A stretch of DNA of 64,000 bases from an uncultured Gammaproteobacteria bacterium (GTDB lineage Bacteria; Pseudomonadota; Gammaproteobacteria; UBA9214), in NCBI GenBank assembly GCA_963827755.1, contig CAWHCQ010000013.1, forward strand, positions 86,619 to 150,618, in the 5' to 3' direction. Positions 21,846 through 33,054 of this stretch are shown in pieces. Position 1 is the stretch's first letter; each line of letters begins with the position of its first letter. Under the pieces are notes generated by a model. That model had not been told where the DNA came from and did not search any database. It saw nothing but the letters and a program-made list of their open reading frames with translations. The translations under genes were made by a program, and so were the position numbers.

Positions 21846-22130
21846 TGATTGCATGGAATACCTGCAGAATCTATTCGGCTGAAACGTTCGTGTCCGCGTA
21901 CCCGGCGGCGGGGCGCGCGAGCTAAAATCGCACAGAATGGCCTGAACTTCAAATATTTTTGTAATCAGTGTGTTATCGGTTTAACAGGGTGCATCGGCGG
22001 GGCCTCTGTCAATCCCTGCAAGGCCCGGTTTTCATGCCTGTTTTTCACCCGCACAGGCGACTCTCGGCAGGCCCTGTTCCGGGCTATACTGCGGCTCCGG
22101 TTATTGACCTGCAAAACACGGAGAGCACCC

Positions 22131-23132
22131 TTGCCTGAAAGACTGGACGCCCTGAAGTACTGGCTGGAAGAAGAACTGTCATTCAGCGAATACACCCTCA
22201 ACCCGGCTTCGGCCGATGCCAGTTTTCGGCGTTATTTCCGGATAATCCATAATGGTGCCAGTTTCATAGTCATGGATGCGCCGCCCGGGCAGGAAGATTC
22301 CCGCCCGTTCGTGAATGTCTCAAAACTGTTTTTTGATATCGGCCTGAATGTCCCCGAGGTGATTGATGCAGATCCCGGCAAGGGTTTCCTGCTGCTCTCC
22401 GACCTCGGCAGCCGCTCCTATCTCGACGCGCTGAACGATGAAACAGTGGAGCGGCTCTATGGCGATGCGCTGGGTGCGCTGGCCACCCTGCAGACCCGCA
22501 TACCGCTGGATGCCGATCTGCCGGCCTACGATGAAGCGCTGTTGATGCGGGAAATGGCACTGTTTCGCGACTGGTTGCTGGGCAAACACCTGGGGATCGC
22601 GCTGTCCCGTCAGCAGCAGGCCATGCTGGAGGATGTGTTCGGCCGGCTGGCCGATAATGCACTGGCACAACCGCAGGTATGCGTACACCGTGATTATCAT
22701 TCACGCAATCTCATGGTCACTGCTGCAAACAATCCCGGTATCCTCGATTTTCAGGATGCCGTGATCGGGCCAGTCACCTACGACCTTGTTTCGCTGCTGC
22801 GTGATTGCTATGTCAAGTGGCCGCCCGGGCGGGTGGAAGACTGGGCGCTGGGCTACCACGATCTCGCCCTGCAAACCGGTATCCTGCATGAGCGGCATGA
22901 TGATCCGCAGGCGTTCCTGCACTGGTTTGATTTGATGGGCATGCAGCGCCATCTGAAGGCAGCCGGTATCTTTGCGCGGCTGAATCACCGTGACGGCAAA
23001 CCGGGTTACCTGGATGACATTCCGCGCACGCTCTCGTACGTGGCAGAGGTGGCCGGGCGCCATGATGGTTTGCAGCCGTTCGGGGAGTTTGTCGCGCGAC
23101 ACGTCATGCCCCGCCTGGGTGGCGATGCCTAG
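22131..23132 (+). CDS. amgK: Anomeric MurNAc/GlcNAc kinase (APH family)
   Basis: ASADASFRRYFR, MDAPP, HRDYHSRNLM, DFQDA; divergent from lptD. TTG start inferred. Confidence 0.9.
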   Translation: MPERLDALKYWLEEELSFSEYTLNPASADASFRRYFRIIHNGASFIVMDAPPGQEDSRPFVNVSKLFFDIGLNVPEVIDADPGKGFLLLSDLGSRSYLDALNDETVERLYGDALGALATLQTRIPLDADLPAYDEALLMREMALFRDWLLGKHLGIALSRQQQAMLEDVFGRLADNALAQPQVCVHRDYHSRNLMVTAANNPGILDFQDAVIGPVTYDLVSLLRDCYVKWPPGRVEDWALGYHDLALQTGILHERHDDPQAFLHWFDLMGMQRHLKAAGIFARLNHRDGKPGYLDDIPRTLSYVAEVAGRHDGLQPFGEFVARHVMPRLGGDA

Positions 23133-23305
23133 TATGGGTGTTGCTCCGGGCCGGTCTTTCAGGCCGAACAGCGGCCTGGTCGTCCCCGGCAAGAGCAGCG
23201 CACATTCACGTATACTGGCAACCCGGCAGCCCGGAATTATATTGCAGGAGCGCTTCTCAAGCGTATGAGGGGTTAACGGGGTAGCAATGACATCAGAGGC
23301 ACGCC

Positions 23306-23605
23306 ATGAATAATCTTCCTTTCCCCTGGCTGGCGCTGGGCCTCGGACTGCTGGTGGCTGCCGGGCTGGCGATGTCGGGGGCGTTCTCGCCGGAGGGCAG
23401 CTACAAGCTACCCTTGCTGACGATGTTGATCGTCAGCGAATTCGGTTTTTTCGTCACCGCGATCGGTGCCGGTGTCGGCATCAATAGCCTGCTTCAAAAG
23501 GGTATGAACCCCGTCATGACGGGGGTCATTGCCGCTGATGGCCTGATGGCGGCGATGTTCCTCTACCTGGGTATTCAATTGTGGCCGGGTGGCTTCTCTT
23601 TCTAG
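23306..23605 (+). CDS. Small hypothetical membrane protein (about 3 TM)
   Basis: AGAGG RBS; hydrophobic; LPLLTMLIVSEFG core. Confidence 0.75.
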   Translation: MNNLPFPWLALGLGLLVAAGLAMSGAFSPEGSYKLPLLTMLIVSEFGFFVTAIGAGVGINSLLQKGMNPVMTGVIAADGLMAAMFLYLGIQLWPGGFSF

Positions 23606-24290
23606 CCGGCCCGATACCCGGGCCGTGAACAGGCAGGCCGATGCCGGGCTCCCGGTGCTGTATTCGTTCCGGCGCTGCCCCTACGCAATGCGTGCACGCA
23701 TGGCCCTTGTATACAGCCGGGTCAGGGTGGAACTGCGCGAAGTCATATTGCGTGACATGCCGGCTGCCCTGCTGGCCTGTTCACCGAAGGCGACGGTGCC
23801 GGTTCTGTTGTTGCCCGATGGCTGCGTGCTGGAAGAGAGTCGTGACATCATGGACTGGGCCCTCTCGGTACATGATCCGGATGGCTGGATGCCCGCAGCG
23901 GGAAGCGAGGCGTATGCCACGGCAATTCAGCTGATGGATGAAAATGACGGCTCCTTCAAGGCGCAGCTGGACCGTTACAAGTATGCCGAACGTTATCCGC
24001 AACACCCGGCCGGCTGGTATCGGGCGCAGGGAGCGGGCTTCCTGGAACGTCTGGATGACAGGCTCGACCGGGGCAGGTGGTTGCTGGGCGGGCACATCAG
24101 CGTGGCGGACGTGGCTATCTTCCCGTTCGTTCGCCAGTTTGCGCATGTCGACAGGCCGTGGTTCGAGCAGGCCTCATGGCCACGCCTGCAGCAATGGCTG
24201 GAGACGCTGATCGAATCGCGCTTGTTCAACAGCGTGATGAAAAAGTACCCGCAGTGGCACGAAGGCGACGCGCCGCTGCACTTTCCCTGA
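23589..24290 (+). CDS. Glutathione S-transferase family protein
   Basis: LYSFRRCPYAMRAR, SPKATVPVL, ESRDI, ADVAIFPFVRQFA. Start uncertain. Confidence 0.9.
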   Translation: MASLSSRPDTRAVNRQADAGLPVLYSFRRCPYAMRARMALVYSRVRVELREVILRDMPAALLACSPKATVPVLLLPDGCVLEESRDIMDWALSVHDPDGWMPAAGSEAYATAIQLMDENDGSFKAQLDRYKYAERYPQHPAGWYRAQGAGFLERLDDRLDRGRWLLGGHISVADVAIFPFVRQFAHVDRPWFEQASWPRLQQWLETLIESRLFNSVMKKYPQWHEGDAPLHFP

Positions 24291-24433
24291 TGACAAAAGA
24301 GGTGATTGGCGCGGGGCATACATGACCGGCCCGGTTATTTATTCACGGGGCCGGATTTCGGGAAAATTATTGGACCAACTTTGTGACATTTCGCTACACT
24401 GGCGGTTTACCCTGCCAGGAGAACACGATACGC

Positions 24434-25147
24434 ATGTTGTGGAGAAAAACCTGTAACTCGATACTGCTGTCCGGCGCGCTCACCTTGTCCGGACCGATGC
24501 TGGCCGACGAGGGCATTTTGAATTTTTCCGATGGCGGGAAAGCATCGCCCGCCGCACAGGACCGTGCTTTTGAAGCCAGGGCTCATCGCCTCCTCGACCA
24601 GCTGGCCGATTCTGCCGCGAGGTACGTCACGGTGACCCGATTCGAAAATACCATCATCATTACCGGCGAGGTGAAGAGTTCGTCAGATGCCAGTGTAGTC
24701 GATGCGCTGGTGCTGGATGCGGCGGGGATAAAACGCGAGACGCCTGCCGGGAGCATGGTCATGCCGGCAAGGGACAGGGAGTGTGGCGGCAAACCGGCCA
24801 TGGGTAATGTCAAGCGCCGGCAAACCGTGAAGGGAGACAGGGACTGCAGTTCCCTGCGTGGCGGTGAGCCCGGCAAGGCAAGGGGCAGGGTATACAACCA
24901 CCTGGCGGTGGGCGCATCAGATCCACCCATGAAGGTCGCAAGGACAAACCTGCTGCTTGCCGAAACCATGCTGGAGCTGGTGGATGCCGGCCACCCGGAG
25001 GTCCTGGACCGGGCCGCCATGCGCATGGTGGCGCAGGATGGTGTGCTCTATATTCTCGGCAAACCCGGGGATACGGAGCGCACCCGAATCAAGGCGATGT
25101 TGATGGCATTGCCCGGGGTGACTGGCGTCAGCTTCTACCCTGAATAA
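24434..25147 (+). CDS. Exported protein with two divergent BON-like domains
   Basis: CAGGAG RBS, signal peptide, VTVTRFENTIIITGEV, VYNHL, DGVLYILG, PGVTGV. Confidence 0.65.
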   Translation: MLWRKTCNSILLSGALTLSGPMLADEGILNFSDGGKASPAAQDRAFEARAHRLLDQLADSAARYVTVTRFENTIIITGEVKSSSDASVVDALVLDAAGIKRETPAGSMVMPARDRECGGKPAMGNVKRRQTVKGDRDCSSLRGGEPGKARGRVYNHLAVGASDPPMKVARTNLLLAETMLELVDAGHPEVLDRAAMRMVAQDGVLYILGKPGDTERTRIKAMLMALPGVTGVSFYPE

Positions 25148-25158
25148 TTACGGCGCAC

Positions 25159-25539
25159 ATGTCTGCGAGAACGCTGTTTTCAATCGTGGAGTCTCCCGCA
25201 CACCCGGATTTCTCCGGCTTGTACAGGCGCCTGGAAATCAGGGAAGTACGGCTGGCTTCGATGAGAAAGGCCATCAGTGCATTAAAAACGATAACACCTG
25301 ATTATGTGGTCGCAGAGTTCTTCTACGGCTATGGCAATAATTATGCAGGCGTCAATGTCAGCAACCTCGATGTATTTCTCTACAGTTTGCAAAAATACGC
25401 GCCGAATGCGCGCGTTATCGTGCTGGTGGACAGGAATGAACGGCAATATGTCGAGAAGTTGAGTGCGTTGTTTGTCCTCCACGGTGTTTTGCAGCATCCG
25501 TTGCGGGAGCTGGATATTGAACCACTGCTCCGGGAGTAG
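25159..25539 (+). CDS. Hypothetical protein, receiver-like alpha/beta pattern
   Basis: 126 aa, 11 bp downstream of the previous gene; PDYVVAEF and RVIVL strands. Confidence 0.7.
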   Translation: MSARTLFSIVESPAHPDFSGLYRRLEIREVRLASMRKAISALKTITPDYVVAEFFYGYGNNYAGVNVSNLDVFLYSLQKYAPNARVIVLVDRNERQYVEKLSALFVLHGVLQHPLRELDIEPLLRE

Positions 25540-25645
25540 CCGCGACGCAGGCGAGCGAGCCTGCCGGGTAAGCAGGCTGCGGGCAGGCAGGGCGTGTTGC
25601 CGGGCATGATGCAGCAATAGTCACGCCAGCGGTGTTATTCTATAG

Positions 25646-26317
<672 letters not shown>

Positions 26318-26364
26318 TGCCGAGCCTGTTTACACGCACAGAAATACGGAAACGCTGACCGGAT

Positions 26365-27801
26365 ATGGGCCAGGAAATCGAGGCAACGAATTTTACCGCG
26401 CAGGACTTTGAAGAGTTTGCAGAAAGTCTGCGTAATGAAACAAAGCTGCTTGGCGAGTGGTTTCGTTCCGGTGTCTTTTCGCCGCGCGCCCGAATGGGCG
26501 GTTTCGAACTGGAGGCCTGGCTGGTTGACAGCGAGGCGCAGCCGGCACCGGTCAACGAGGTTTTTCTTGAACACCTGAACAATCCGATGGTGGTGCCGGA
26601 GCTGGCACGTTTCAACGTCGAGTTGAACGACCATCCGCAGCACTTGTGGGGTTCGGCGCTCGGCCGGCTGGAGGCCAGTCTTGGCGAGACATGGCGGCAG
26701 TGCATGCAGGTCGCGGAAGCAATGCAAACGCACCTGTTGATGATCGGTATCCTGCCAACGGTGAAGGAAGCGGAGCTGTCTCCGGCCAACATGTCGGACC
26801 TGAAACGCTACCGGGCATTGAATGAACAGGTGCTGCGTTTGCGCGGCGGTCAGCCCCTGGAACTGGATATTAACGGCAGGGAGCATCTCAGGATGACGCA
26901 CCAGAGTGTCATGCTGGAGGCTGCCACGACATCTTTCCAGTTGCATCTGAAGGTCCATCCCGGGCTCGCAAAACGCGCCTATAACGCCTCGATTGTTGCA
27001 TCGGCGCCCTTGCTCGCAGCATCTGCCAACTCTCCCTACCTGTTCAATCACGATCTCTGGGATGAAACACGCATTCCTTTATTTGAGCAGTCGGTGTCTG
27101 TCGGCGGCTTTGCCGGTGCAAGCCATGGTCCACTGCGGCGGGTAACCTTTGGCTCCGGTTATGCGCGCGAGTCGCTGTTTGAATGTTTTGTCGAGAACCA
27201 GCAGCACTATCCCGTGCTGTTGCCGACGACCTACCATGAAGGGCTCGAGCAGATGGCGCATCTGCGCCTGCACAACGGCACCATCTGGCGCTGGACCCGG
27301 CCGTTGATCGGTTTTGATTATGACGGCATGCCGCATTTGCGTATCGAGAACCGGGTTGTGCCGGGCGGGCCGACAGTGGTGGATGTGATCGCCAATGCGG
27401 CCTTCTTTTTCGGAATCATGCAGGCCTTGATGACGGCAGAGATCCCGCCTGAAAACCAGCTCTCCTTTGCCGCGGCGCGCGACAATTTCTATGCGGCAGC
27501 GCATCACGGACTGGATGCACATGTTGAGTGGTTCAATGAAAAGCGCTCCGGTGTGCGTGAACTGATCCTGGCTGAACTGTTGCCGATGGCACAACACGGG
27601 CTCGAGCTGCTTGAAATCGACAGCAGTGATATCGAGCGCTATCTCGATATTATCCGCCTGCGTGTTGACAGTGCGCAGAACGGCGCAGCCTGGCAGCGTG
27701 CCTATGTCGCCAGGCACGGCAGGGATTTCGCGGCCATGACGAATGCCTATCGCCAGCGGCAGGAGTCCGGCATCCCGGTCCATGAATGGGACCTTGACTA
27801 G
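26365..27801 (+). CDS. Glutamate-cysteine ligase (GCS2)-like carboxylate-amine ligase
   Basis: GFELE, ELARFNVELN, SFQLHL, NSPY, ETRIPLFEQS, HNGTIWRW.RP, RIENR. Confidence 0.85.
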   Translation: MGQEIEATNFTAQDFEEFAESLRNETKLLGEWFRSGVFSPRARMGGFELEAWLVDSEAQPAPVNEVFLEHLNNPMVVPELARFNVELNDHPQHLWGSALGRLEASLGETWRQCMQVAEAMQTHLLMIGILPTVKEAELSPANMSDLKRYRALNEQVLRLRGGQPLELDINGREHLRMTHQSVMLEAATTSFQLHLKVHPGLAKRAYNASIVASAPLLAASANSPYLFNHDLWDETRIPLFEQSVSVGGFAGASHGPLRRVTFGSGYARESLFECFVENQQHYPVLLPTTYHEGLEQMAHLRLHNGTIWRWTRPLIGFDYDGMPHLRIENRVVPGGPTVVDVIANAAFFFGIMQALMTAEIPPENQLSFAAARDNFYAAAHHGLDAHVEWFNEKRSGVRELILAELLPMAQHGLELLEIDSSDIERYLDIIRLRVDSAQNGAAWQRAYVARHGRDFAAMTNAYRQRQESGIPVHEWDLD

Positions 27802-27907
27802 GGGAGCCGTGATTCATGCCACCTTGAGTTTGACAGGGTGACGAAGCTGTCCTTGAATGTAATCTGCTTGCCCTGAAAATACCTGATACGAAAACGCCAT
27901 AGCGGAC

Positions 27908-28924
27908 ATGAACACGATGCTAACCGAGACTGACACGCTGCCGGATGGTCTGCTCGAGGCCCCGGTTGAAGGGCTTGAGGCACTGCTTGGCGGTCCCACC
28001 CTGATTCATTTGCCGGGGCGACGCCCGGAGCCCCTGTTTGTCACGGTGCTTGCGCATGGTAACGAGAGCACCGGGTTTTATGCGGTGCAATCCCTGCTCC
28101 AGGCCTGGCGCGACAGGGAGTTGCCGCGTGCACTGTCTGTCTTTATCGGCAATGTCGCGGCCGCGAGCAAGTCACAACGATTTCTCGATGGCCAGGCGGA
28201 CTATAACCGCGTCTGGCCGGGCACCGAGCACACCGATGCCCCTGAAGCGCAGATGATGCAGCAGGTGGTGGACAGGATGCGCGAGCGCGGGGCATTTGCG
28301 AGCATCGATTTGCACAATAATACCGGCATCAATCCGCACTACGCCTGTATCAACCGGGTGGATAACCAGTTCCTGCACCTGGCGTCGATGTTCAGCCGTA
28401 CCGTGGTGTATTTCATTCGCCCGCTGGGGGTGCAATCCATGGCCATGTCTTACGTCTGCCCGGCGGTGACAATCGAGTGCGGCAAGCCCGGTCATGAATA
28501 CGGTGTGGAGCACGCGCGTGATTTCCTCGATGCCTGCCTGCGCCTGAACGAGCTGCCGGCACACCCGGTTGCCTCGCACGATGTTGACCTGTTTCATACC
28601 GTGGCGAGCGTGAAGGTCCGCGAGGATATCAGTTTCAGCTTTCGGGACGAGTCGGCGGACCTGCAGCTTGTCGGCAATATCGATCACCTGAATTTCAGGG
28701 AGCTGCCGGCCGGCACGCAGATCGGCTGGCTGCACGGCCCCGGCCTGGACGTGCTCGATGTGCGCGATGATAACGGGCAGGAAGTATCAGGGCATTATTT
28801 CACGGTTGAAGGGCGCGCGCTGACCACCACGCGGGTATTCATGCCCTCGATGTTTACGCTGGATGAAAAGATTATTCGCCAGGACTGCCTCGGGTACCTG
28901 ATGGAGCGCTTGCTGCCCGAGTAG
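27908..28924 (+). CDS. M14 / succinylglutamate desuccinylase-aspartoacylase family amidohydrolase
   Basis: HGNE, NR, IDLHN, TIECG zinc-peptidase motifs. Confidence 0.85.
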   Translation: MNTMLTETDTLPDGLLEAPVEGLEALLGGPTLIHLPGRRPEPLFVTVLAHGNESTGFYAVQSLLQAWRDRELPRALSVFIGNVAAASKSQRFLDGQADYNRVWPGTEHTDAPEAQMMQQVVDRMRERGAFASIDLHNNTGINPHYACINRVDNQFLHLASMFSRTVVYFIRPLGVQSMAMSYVCPAVTIECGKPGHEYGVEHARDFLDACLRLNELPAHPVASHDVDLFHTVASVKVREDISFSFRDESADLQLVGNIDHLNFRELPAGTQIGWLHGPGLDVLDVRDDNGQEVSGHYFTVEGRALTTTRVFMPSMFTLDEKIIRQDCLGYLMERLLPE

Positions 28925-28949
28925 CCGGCCGCTACACACCCTTCCCTGG

Positions 28950-30047
28950 ATGAAACCCTCACCGCATGTATTGCTGGCCCTTTCCGGCCACGGTTATGGA
29001 CACCTCGCGCAAACTGCCCCGGTGATCAATGCCCTGTGGCAGCAGTTGCCATCGCTGCAATTAACCGTCTGCAGTACCTTGCCCCACTCCGTTATCGCCG
29101 GGCGTCTCGATCATCCTTTTACCAGCCATACCGTCGAGCTTGACGTGGTGTTGCCGATGGTGAGTGCCTGGGAGGTCGATGTGGCGGGCGCACGGCAGGC
29201 CTGGAAGGAATTTCACTCTGATCAGGGTGCAGGCCTGCAGCGTGATCTTGACCTGCTCGGTGAAGTCAAACCGGACCTGATAGTTGCGGACATACCCTAT
29301 CGTATTCTGTCGGCCGCGGGGCTTTCCGGAATACCGGCGGTTGCGCTCTGTTCCCTGAACTGGGCATCGATATTCGAGGTTTATTGCAGCGCGGGTGGCG
29401 AGAGCGAGGCCATTCTTGAGCAGATGTGGGCCGGTTACCGTGCGGCGGATGTCTTTCTTGCGCCCCGGCCTTCCATGGACATGCCGGCGCTGGAAAATTA
29501 CCGCGCCATCGGGCCGATTGCACGGTGCGGTGTGCGCCAACAACCGGCGTTGCAGGAACAGCTGGGCGTGTCGCCGGGTACGCGCCTGGTCATGGTTGCG
29601 CTGGGGGGTATCGCAACCACCCTGCCGCTGGCCAGCTGGCCGCGCATGGACAATGTCGCCTGGGTGTTCCCGGAAGCCGTGGATATGCCGCGCAATGACC
29701 TGTTCGACTTCAGCGCCTTGCCCCTGTCGTATATCGATGTACTCGCATCGGTGGATGCCGTGCTCACCAAGCCGGGTTATGGCACCTACGCCGAGGCGGT
29801 ATGCAACGGCATCCCGCTGCTGACCCTGTCGCGGCCGGACTGGCCTGAGTCGCCGTATCTGAACGCCTGGGCGCGCCGTTATGGCCGTTTGCAGGAAATC
29901 AGCAAGCAGCAATTCGAGAGTGGAGAATTTGTCGAGGCGCTGCAGCATTTATGGCAACAGCCGGTTCCGGACGGGTATCCTGAAGCGGAGGGGATACAGC
30001 AGGCTGCAGGATTATTGCTGGAGAGGCTGTGTCCGGGCAGGGAGTGA
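28950..30047 (+). CDS. GT-B glycosyltransferase-like protein
   Basis: SGHGYGH, ADIPY, TKPGYGTYAEAV, RPDWPE. Confidence 0.8.
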   Translation: MKPSPHVLLALSGHGYGHLAQTAPVINALWQQLPSLQLTVCSTLPHSVIAGRLDHPFTSHTVELDVVLPMVSAWEVDVAGARQAWKEFHSDQGAGLQRDLDLLGEVKPDLIVADIPYRILSAAGLSGIPAVALCSLNWASIFEVYCSAGGESEAILEQMWAGYRAADVFLAPRPSMDMPALENYRAIGPIARCGVRQQPALQEQLGVSPGTRLVMVALGGIATTLPLASWPRMDNVAWVFPEAVDMPRNDLFDFSALPLSYIDVLASVDAVLTKPGYGTYAEAVCNGIPLLTLSRPDWPESPYLNAWARRYGRLQEISKQQFESGEFVEALQHLWQQPVPDGYPEAEGIQQAAGLLLERLCPGRE

Positions 30048-30080
30048 CGCCGGACCCGCTACGCTTGATCCGGTATTGCG

Positions 30081-31028
30081 CTACGCGGGCTTATAAAGGG
30101 CGCCATGCGCCTGCTGATCGGCATGGTAGGAAGAGCGTACCATCGGGCCGCTGGCAACATGACTGAATCCCAGTTGATAACCCAGCTCGCCCAGGCGGTC
30201 GAACTCGTCCGGGTGCACGTAGCGATCAAGTGGCAGGTGGTGAACACTGGGTTGCAGGTATTGACCCAGGGTCAGCATGTCGCAGTCGTGTTCGCGCAGG
30301 TCGCGCATGACCTGCTCGACCTCGGCAATGGTTTCTCCCACACCCAGCATGAGGCCGGATTTTGTCGTCACCTCCGGGTGCAGCGCCTTGAAACGTTTCA
30401 GCAGGTTCAGTGACCAGGCGTAGTCGGAGCCGGGGCGGACTTTTTTATACAGGCCGGGGACGGTCTCCAGGTTGTGGTTGAAGACATCCGGCGGGGATGT
30501 GGTGAGAATCTCAAGTGCGCGGTCCATGCGCCCGCGAAAGTCCGGCACCAGTACCTCGACCTTGATGTCGGGGTTATTGGCACGAATCGCATCGATGCAG
30601 GCAACAAAGTGTGCGGCGCCCCCATCACGTAAATCGTCACGGTCTACAGATGTCACCACCACGTAACGCAGTCCCATGGCCCTGATTGTTTGCCCGAGGC
30701 TTTCGGGCTCATTCGCATCCAGCGGGTCAGGGCGGCCATGCGCAACATCGCAAAACGGGCAGCGGCGGGTGCAGACATCACCCATGATCATGAAGGTCGC
30801 GGTGCCGCCGGCGAAGCATTCACCAAGATTCGGGCACGAGGCCTCCTCGCAGACGGTGTGCAGGTGATTCTCGCGCAACACTTCCTTGAGACGCGATACC
30901 GCAGGATGGGACGGGGATTTTGCACGTATCCAGGGTGGTTTGCGCAGTGGCCGGGTTGTCGGCTCGATCTTTATCGGGATGCGTGCGGTCTTTGCGGCAC
31001 CGCGCTGTTTCCTTTCTGTTGTGCTCAT
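30081..31028 (-). CDS. lipA: Lipoyl synthase
   Basis: [25 protein letters not shown]; ATGA overlap with the lipB stop. Confidence 0.97.
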   Translation of the reverse strand: MSTTERKQRGAAKTARIPIKIEPTTRPLRKPPWIRAKSPSHPAVSRLKEVLRENHLHTVCEEASCPNLGECFAGGTATFMIMGDVCTRRCPFCDVAHGRPDPLDANEPESLGQTIRAMGLRYVVVTSVDRDDLRDGGAAHFVACIDAIRANNPDIKVEVLVPDFRGRMDRALEILTTSPPDVFNHNLETVPGLYKKVRPGSDYAWSLNLLKRFKALHPEVTTKSGLMLGVGETIAEVEQVMRDLREHDCDMLTLGQYLQPSVHHLPLDRYVHPDEFDRLGELGYQLGFSHVASGPMVRSSYHADQQAHGALYKPA

Positions 31029-31678
31029 GGGGAGAGGTTCATTAACAGTTGCTCGAAATGGTTGCCAAACTGCGCTGCACATTCTTCGACAGAAATGCCG
31101 ATACCCAGGTCGCTCATCCGGGTTACCTCGAGACCCCGGATTCCGCAGGGGTTGATCATCGAGAACGGCGCCAGGTCCATATCGACATTGAGACTCAGGC
31201 CATGGAAGGAGCAGCCTTTTCTGACGCGCAGACCGAGTGCGGCTATCTTGCGGTCATCGACATACACCCCGGGTGCCTTGCTGCGGCGCTGTGCATGAAT
31301 GCTGTAATCCGACAGCAGGTTGATAACGGCCTGCTCCAGCGTGCTGACCAGTGATTGTACACCCAGTTGACGCCGATGAATGTCCAGCAGCGTGTAGGCA
31401 ATCAGTTGCCCGGGGCCGTGGTAGGTGACCTGGCCGCCCCGGTCGGCATGAATAACCGGGATGTCCCCGGTGTCACGCAGGTGTTCCGGTTTGGCGTTGC
31501 GGCCCAGGGTAAAAACCGGGAAATGCTCAAGAAACCACAGTTCATCAGGGGTATTTGCCGTGCGCGTCTCGGTAAATGACTGCATCTCGCGCCAGACGGG
31601 AGCGTACTCAACCCGGCCCAGTTGGCGAATTTTCAGTCTATGGCCGTGCCCCGGGCGAGGGCCCGGCGGGGCTGGCAT
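31025..31678 (-). CDS. lipB: Octanoyltransferase
   Basis: [39 protein letters not shown]. Start uncertain. Confidence 0.95.
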   Translation of the reverse strand: MPAPPGPRPGHGHRLKIRQLGRVEYAPVWREMQSFTETRTANTPDELWFLEHFPVFTLGRNAKPEHLRDTGDIPVIHADRGGQVTYHGPGQLIAYTLLDIHRRQLGVQSLVSTLEQAVINLLSDYSIHAQRRSKAPGVYVDDRKIAALGLRVRKGCSFHGLSLNVDMDLAPFSMINPCGIRGLEVTRMSDLGIGISVEECAAQFGNHFEQLLMNLSP

Positions 31679-31689
31679 GGCATCGACGC

Positions 31690-31959
31690 TCACAGGGCCA
31701 TGATCACGGCTTCGCAATCCACCAGGTCCTGGTAAATCGCATCCAGTTGTTTGCGACTGGTCGCGGTCACGGTCACGGTAACCGAGAGGTAGTTGCCCCT
31801 GGTGCTGGCGCGTGTCTTGATGGCCCCTTCACTCAAGTCGGGGGCATGCTTGCGCACAATACCGACGACGATAATGTCGAGGTTGCAGTCTGATTTTCCC
31901 ATCGCCTTGATCGGAAATTCACAGGGAAACCTGAGTGGACTTTCTTCTTCGTGACTCAT
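31690..31959 (-). CDS. ybeD: YbeD (DUF493) protein
   Basis: FPCEFPIKAMG, S.RGNYLSVT, QLDAIY; upstream of lipB. Confidence 0.9.
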   Translation of the reverse strand: MSHEEESPLRFPCEFPIKAMGKSDCNLDIIVVGIVRKHAPDLSEGAIKTRASTRGNYLSVTVTVTATSRKQLDAIYQDLVDCEAVIMAL

Positions 31960-32201
31960 TCCGGATCTGATGTGATTGTAATAATAAACGAGGACTGGTT
32001 CACCGCAGTAATGAATGGGGCGCTGCAGTCATTGTGTTGATCGCGACTTGAAATATATCGCGCGAAATATCCGGAATAAGAAGACCGGAATTTCAAGAAA
32101 GGTTTGAATCGCGTCTTTCATCACACGTTTCCGGGACACTGGATGAATACTGTTTAGATTTCATCCCTGTCAGAACCGGTTTAAAAATTTCCCTGGCGTG
32201 G

Positions 32202-32702
32202 TTAATCACCGAGTGAGCTTTTTGATTTGTATGTTGGCAGCTGTTTCGGAGCGGCCCGCTTGTCGGTGTAGGGTTTTTTGTCATACGCGGACCGGGGAAA
32301 GCTGTTTACCTGCTGCGGGTAACCCGGGTAGGACATTGTGTTTTCCTGTGAATTATTCCGCTCGGGTAATGACGGTGTCTGTGTTTCTCTATCGGCTTTT
32401 CTTGCCTCAACTTCCGCCTGGAGTCGCTCTGCAATCAGTTTTTCGTTTGCAAGTCGCTTTTTCTCCATCCGGTCAGCCTGGTTGATGACAGAGTAGAAAT
32501 CATTATCACCGCCTATGTTGCCGGCAGACGGGGCGGGCAACAGGTCGATCTGTTCTGCGGTTATGCTCTCGTCGAATGGCGGGTCCTCACTGAAGTGCCT
32601 GGTACCATTCTCATCGGTCCATGTATAGGCCTGCTCGGCACCGGCTTGTGCAAACGGAAGCACTAAAAGTATGACTACTAAATTTACAGCGCGCATGTTC
32701 AT
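32202..32702 (-). CDS. DUF4124-domain exported protein
   Basis: Signal peptide then YTWTDENGTRHFSEDPP; GAGGAG RBS. Confidence 0.8.
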   Translation of the reverse strand: MNMRAVNLVVILLVLPFAQAGAEQAYTWTDENGTRHFSEDPPFDESITAEQIDLLPAPSAGNIGGDNDFYSVINQADRMEKKRLANEKLIAERLQAEVEARKADRETQTPSLPERNNSQENTMSYPGYPQQVNSFPRSAYDKKPYTDKRAAPKQLPTYKSKSSLGD

Positions 32703-33054
32703 TATCGTCTCCTCATGATGTTCCGACTGCCCGCAGGTTTTCGAGTTCCTGCATGCACCAATTCTATCCTACCCGGCTGCCAATGTTGATCCTGTCCCTG
32801 CCGGGCCTGACATCACTGCAGGCCGGCTGTCCCGGTCCGGCGCGGCCGGGCAGCTAATGCGGCACTGAGAAGCCTTTCGATAAATCTTAATTATTATTAA
32901 CTTACGTCAATAATCAAGATTTCAAGCCATGATGTGATCGGCTCTCCTGCGGGCGCGAAAATGGGCTCTAAAGCCCCCGTGCAAGCCTGCCGATACGCGT
33001 AACTAGAGGACGGTTAGGCGTTTCAAGTTCAGGTAACCGGCAAGGGGGCAAGCG

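Noticed and set aside
21849-22130. Long N-terminal extensions given by the ORF track for amgK (likewise roxA, apaG, thyA, pgl, DUF1028)
   Set aside because: Family homology begins at later starts; the extensions overlap promoters or neighbouring genes.
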